From Aquabacterium sp. (GTDB lineage: Bacteria; Pseudomonadota; Gammaproteobacteria; Burkholderiales; Burkholderiaceae_C): a stretch of 38,806 nucleotides of DNA. The notes under the pieces were generated by a model. That model did not search any database. It was not told the origin of the DNA and was given only the letters and a program-made list of their open reading frames with translations. Below are positions 37,127-38,806 of this stretch, piece after piece; the first letter of the stretch is position 1, and each line of letters begins with the position of its first letter. Location: contig NZ_SCTN01000387.1 of the NCBI RefSeq assembly GCF_004297345.1, positions 1 through 38,806 of the forward strand, read 5' to 3'. A program made the position numbers and the translations under genes.

Positions 37127-38806
37127 TCACCGCAACAACACACGTGGCAACTTGAGCAGCACATGCAGTATTTGCTGCTCACGCAGTGCCATCCAGGCAG
37201 GGTCATCAGGGTGCGGCAAAGCGTCCAGATCCTGGCACCTGTGCATGAAGTCATGCAGCAAACGCACCCAGGGCGTTGGCTCACGCCCTGTGCTTTGCAA
37301 CCAGTTTTCACCCAGACGGCGCGCCGCGTCGTGCTGGCCACGCAGCATGCACACCTCCATCGCACTGGCGTGGAAGCGGTACACGTTGTGGGCCACGCAG
37401 CCGCGCTCAATCTGGGCCTGTGCGCGCTCGATCATGATCATGGCGCGCTCATCCTGGCTGTGCAGCAAAGCCCAGGTTCCCATGACCCACGGCCCAATGA
37501 AGGCATGCAGTTTCAGTCGCTCCACGCCATCCAGCGCCAGTTGAATGACACGCTGAGCCTGCACCTCGTCACCTGAGGCATACAAGGCACGGGCCTGGGC
37601 CTCTTGCAAGAAGGGTTCGAAGCGCATGGCCCCCATGGCGCGGCAGATCATCAGCCCTTCGTTGATATGAAAGAGCGCTTCCTGAGGCCGCCCACAACCC
37701 AGCTCGATCCAACTGGCCGTCAAGCGCGACACCAACTCCGCCCGCCGATTGCCCACGCGACGGGCCAGCACAGCGGAGGCCACCGCCTCCATCAGCGCCT
37801 GAGGCGTCTGGCACAGGTAGATCTGCGTGGTCGCCAGCATGAAGCGGTTGGAGGCTTCGATATCCCGCAAACTGTGCTCATCACACAAGCGCAGGCAGCG
37901 CACGAAGTGATCGTTCGCCGTGTGCATCAGGCCTTCCGCGTAGAAGGAGTCACCCAGCCCGCTGAGCGCCTGGGCTTGCAGACGCGCAGCTCCCGCCTGT
38001 TGGGCCACATCCATGGCCAGGCCGTGGTGCATGCGGCTGCGCGCCACATCGCCACGCGGAAAGTACAGATTGCCCTTGAGATAGTGCAAGGCCGCCAGTT
38101 GAGCCAGAGCATCTGCCGCCTTCGCTTGCGGCAAAGCCTCGTCGATCAAGGCTTCTTCGGCCACCAACTCTTCCAGCACATTGAGCACGCTGGCCAATGC
38201 GACCTTGGCTTTCAGCCGCGACACCTCGTCCGGCGCGTGCGCTACAGCGCGCTCATATGCTTCACGCGCCTGCGGCATGCTGCCCATCTTGGCATGCACA
38301 TCACCCAGCATCATGGCGTGAGCATGTTCATCACGCGAGGCATAGTCGATGCCACCATACATAAGCAGCAAGGACAAAGCTGCCTCATGATCAAAGTCTT
38401 CGTGACGCGTTCTGGCTGCAGCCAACAAAGCCACAGGCGCATGTGGCTGCCTGGCTTTGTGCAAATGCTGGGCTGCCAACACCGCATCGCTTGATTCAAA
38501 GTGCTGCGCAACCTGCACATGCATGGCCTCGCGCTGCCGAACAGGCAAGGCCTCATAGATGCCCTGGCGAATCAAGGCATGCAGGAAATCGAAGCGATCG
38601 CCATCCAGATGGCGCTCCAGGTGGCGCAGAAGACAGTGCTGCACCAAGACATCCAGTTGATAGCCTGGCGCAGGCATCAAGGCATGGATGTCTGCCGTAC
38701 TGAAGGACTGGCCCAGCACCGCCGCCAAGCGCAAAGCATGACGATCCTGCGGCGACACCTCATCCAATCGCACTTGCAGCAAATGCTGGAAATTGTCGGG
38801 CAGTTG
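37127..38806 (-). CDS. C-terminal winged-helix/TPR part of a STAND-type ATPase (adenylate/guanylate cyclase-AAA-TPR class); gene begins beyond the window
   Basis: LP.NFQHLLQVRLD..SP..RHALRLAAVLGQSF, F.FLHALIRQGIYE.L...R..MH..VA, then TPR-like helices. The frame is open to base 38806. The cyclase domain itself is not visible. Confidence 0.8.
   Translation of the reverse strand, partial: QLPDNFQHLLQVRLDEVSPQDRHALRLAAVLGQSFSTADIHALMPAPGYQLDVLVQHCLLRHLERHLDGDRFDFLHALIRQGIYEALPVRQREAMHVQVAQHFESSDAVLAAQHLHKARQPHAPVALLAAARTRHEDFDHEAALSLLLMYGGIDYASRDEHAHAMMLGDVHAKMGSMPQAREAYERAVAHAPDEVSRLKAKVALASVLNVLEELVAEEALIDEALPQAKAADALAQLAALHYLKGNLYFPRGDVARSRMHHGLAMDVAQQAGAARLQAQALSGLGDSFYAEGLMHTANDHFVRCLRLCDEHSLRDIEASNRFMLATTQIYLCQTPQALMEAVASAVLARRVGNRRAELVSRLTASWIELGCGRPQEALFHINEGLMICRAMGAMRFEPFLQEAQARALYASGDEVQAQRVIQLALDGVERLKLHAFIGPWVMGTWALLHSQDERAMIMIERAQAQIERGCVAHNVYRFHASAMEVCMLRGQHDAARRLGENWLQSTGREPTPWVRLLHDFMHRCQDLDALPHPDDPAWMALREQQILHVLLKLPRVLLR

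Overview
High-GC chromosomal segment that reads as a betaproteobacterium of the Burkholderiales (inferred from gene content and synteny, not from a search). The backbone is housekeeping: sdaA (partial), lysS, tlpA-aroQ-accB-accC-prmA-DUF3426-pfkB, gpmA, rhodanese-grxC-secB-gpsA and trmL. There is also a six-gene undecaprenyl-linked glycan locus. Accessory pieces sit between these blocks: a fused double acyl-CoA dehydrogenase; an exported trio made of a near passenger-less autotransporter barrel, a Sel1/caspase (C14) protease and a stand-alone OmpA peptidoglycan-binding protein; an orphan molybdopterin enzyme; a two-gene insert (bacteriocin-like glycine-zipper peptide plus a coupled membrane protein) that splits grxC from secB; a kinase-less HDOD protein; an orphan COG2907-like flavoprotein; and a partial STAND/TPR protein. 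The most unusual non-coding signal is the 625-bp gpsA/trmL intergenic region. It holds two diverged copies, in inverted orientation, of a ~210-250-nt multibranched fold with covarying stems, conserved junction motifs and strand-consistent GCA triloops, which suggests a structured single-stranded-DNA or RNA element. No rRNA, tRNA, CRISPR array, integrase or transposase was seen. All calls come from reading the sequence and translations; no searches were run.
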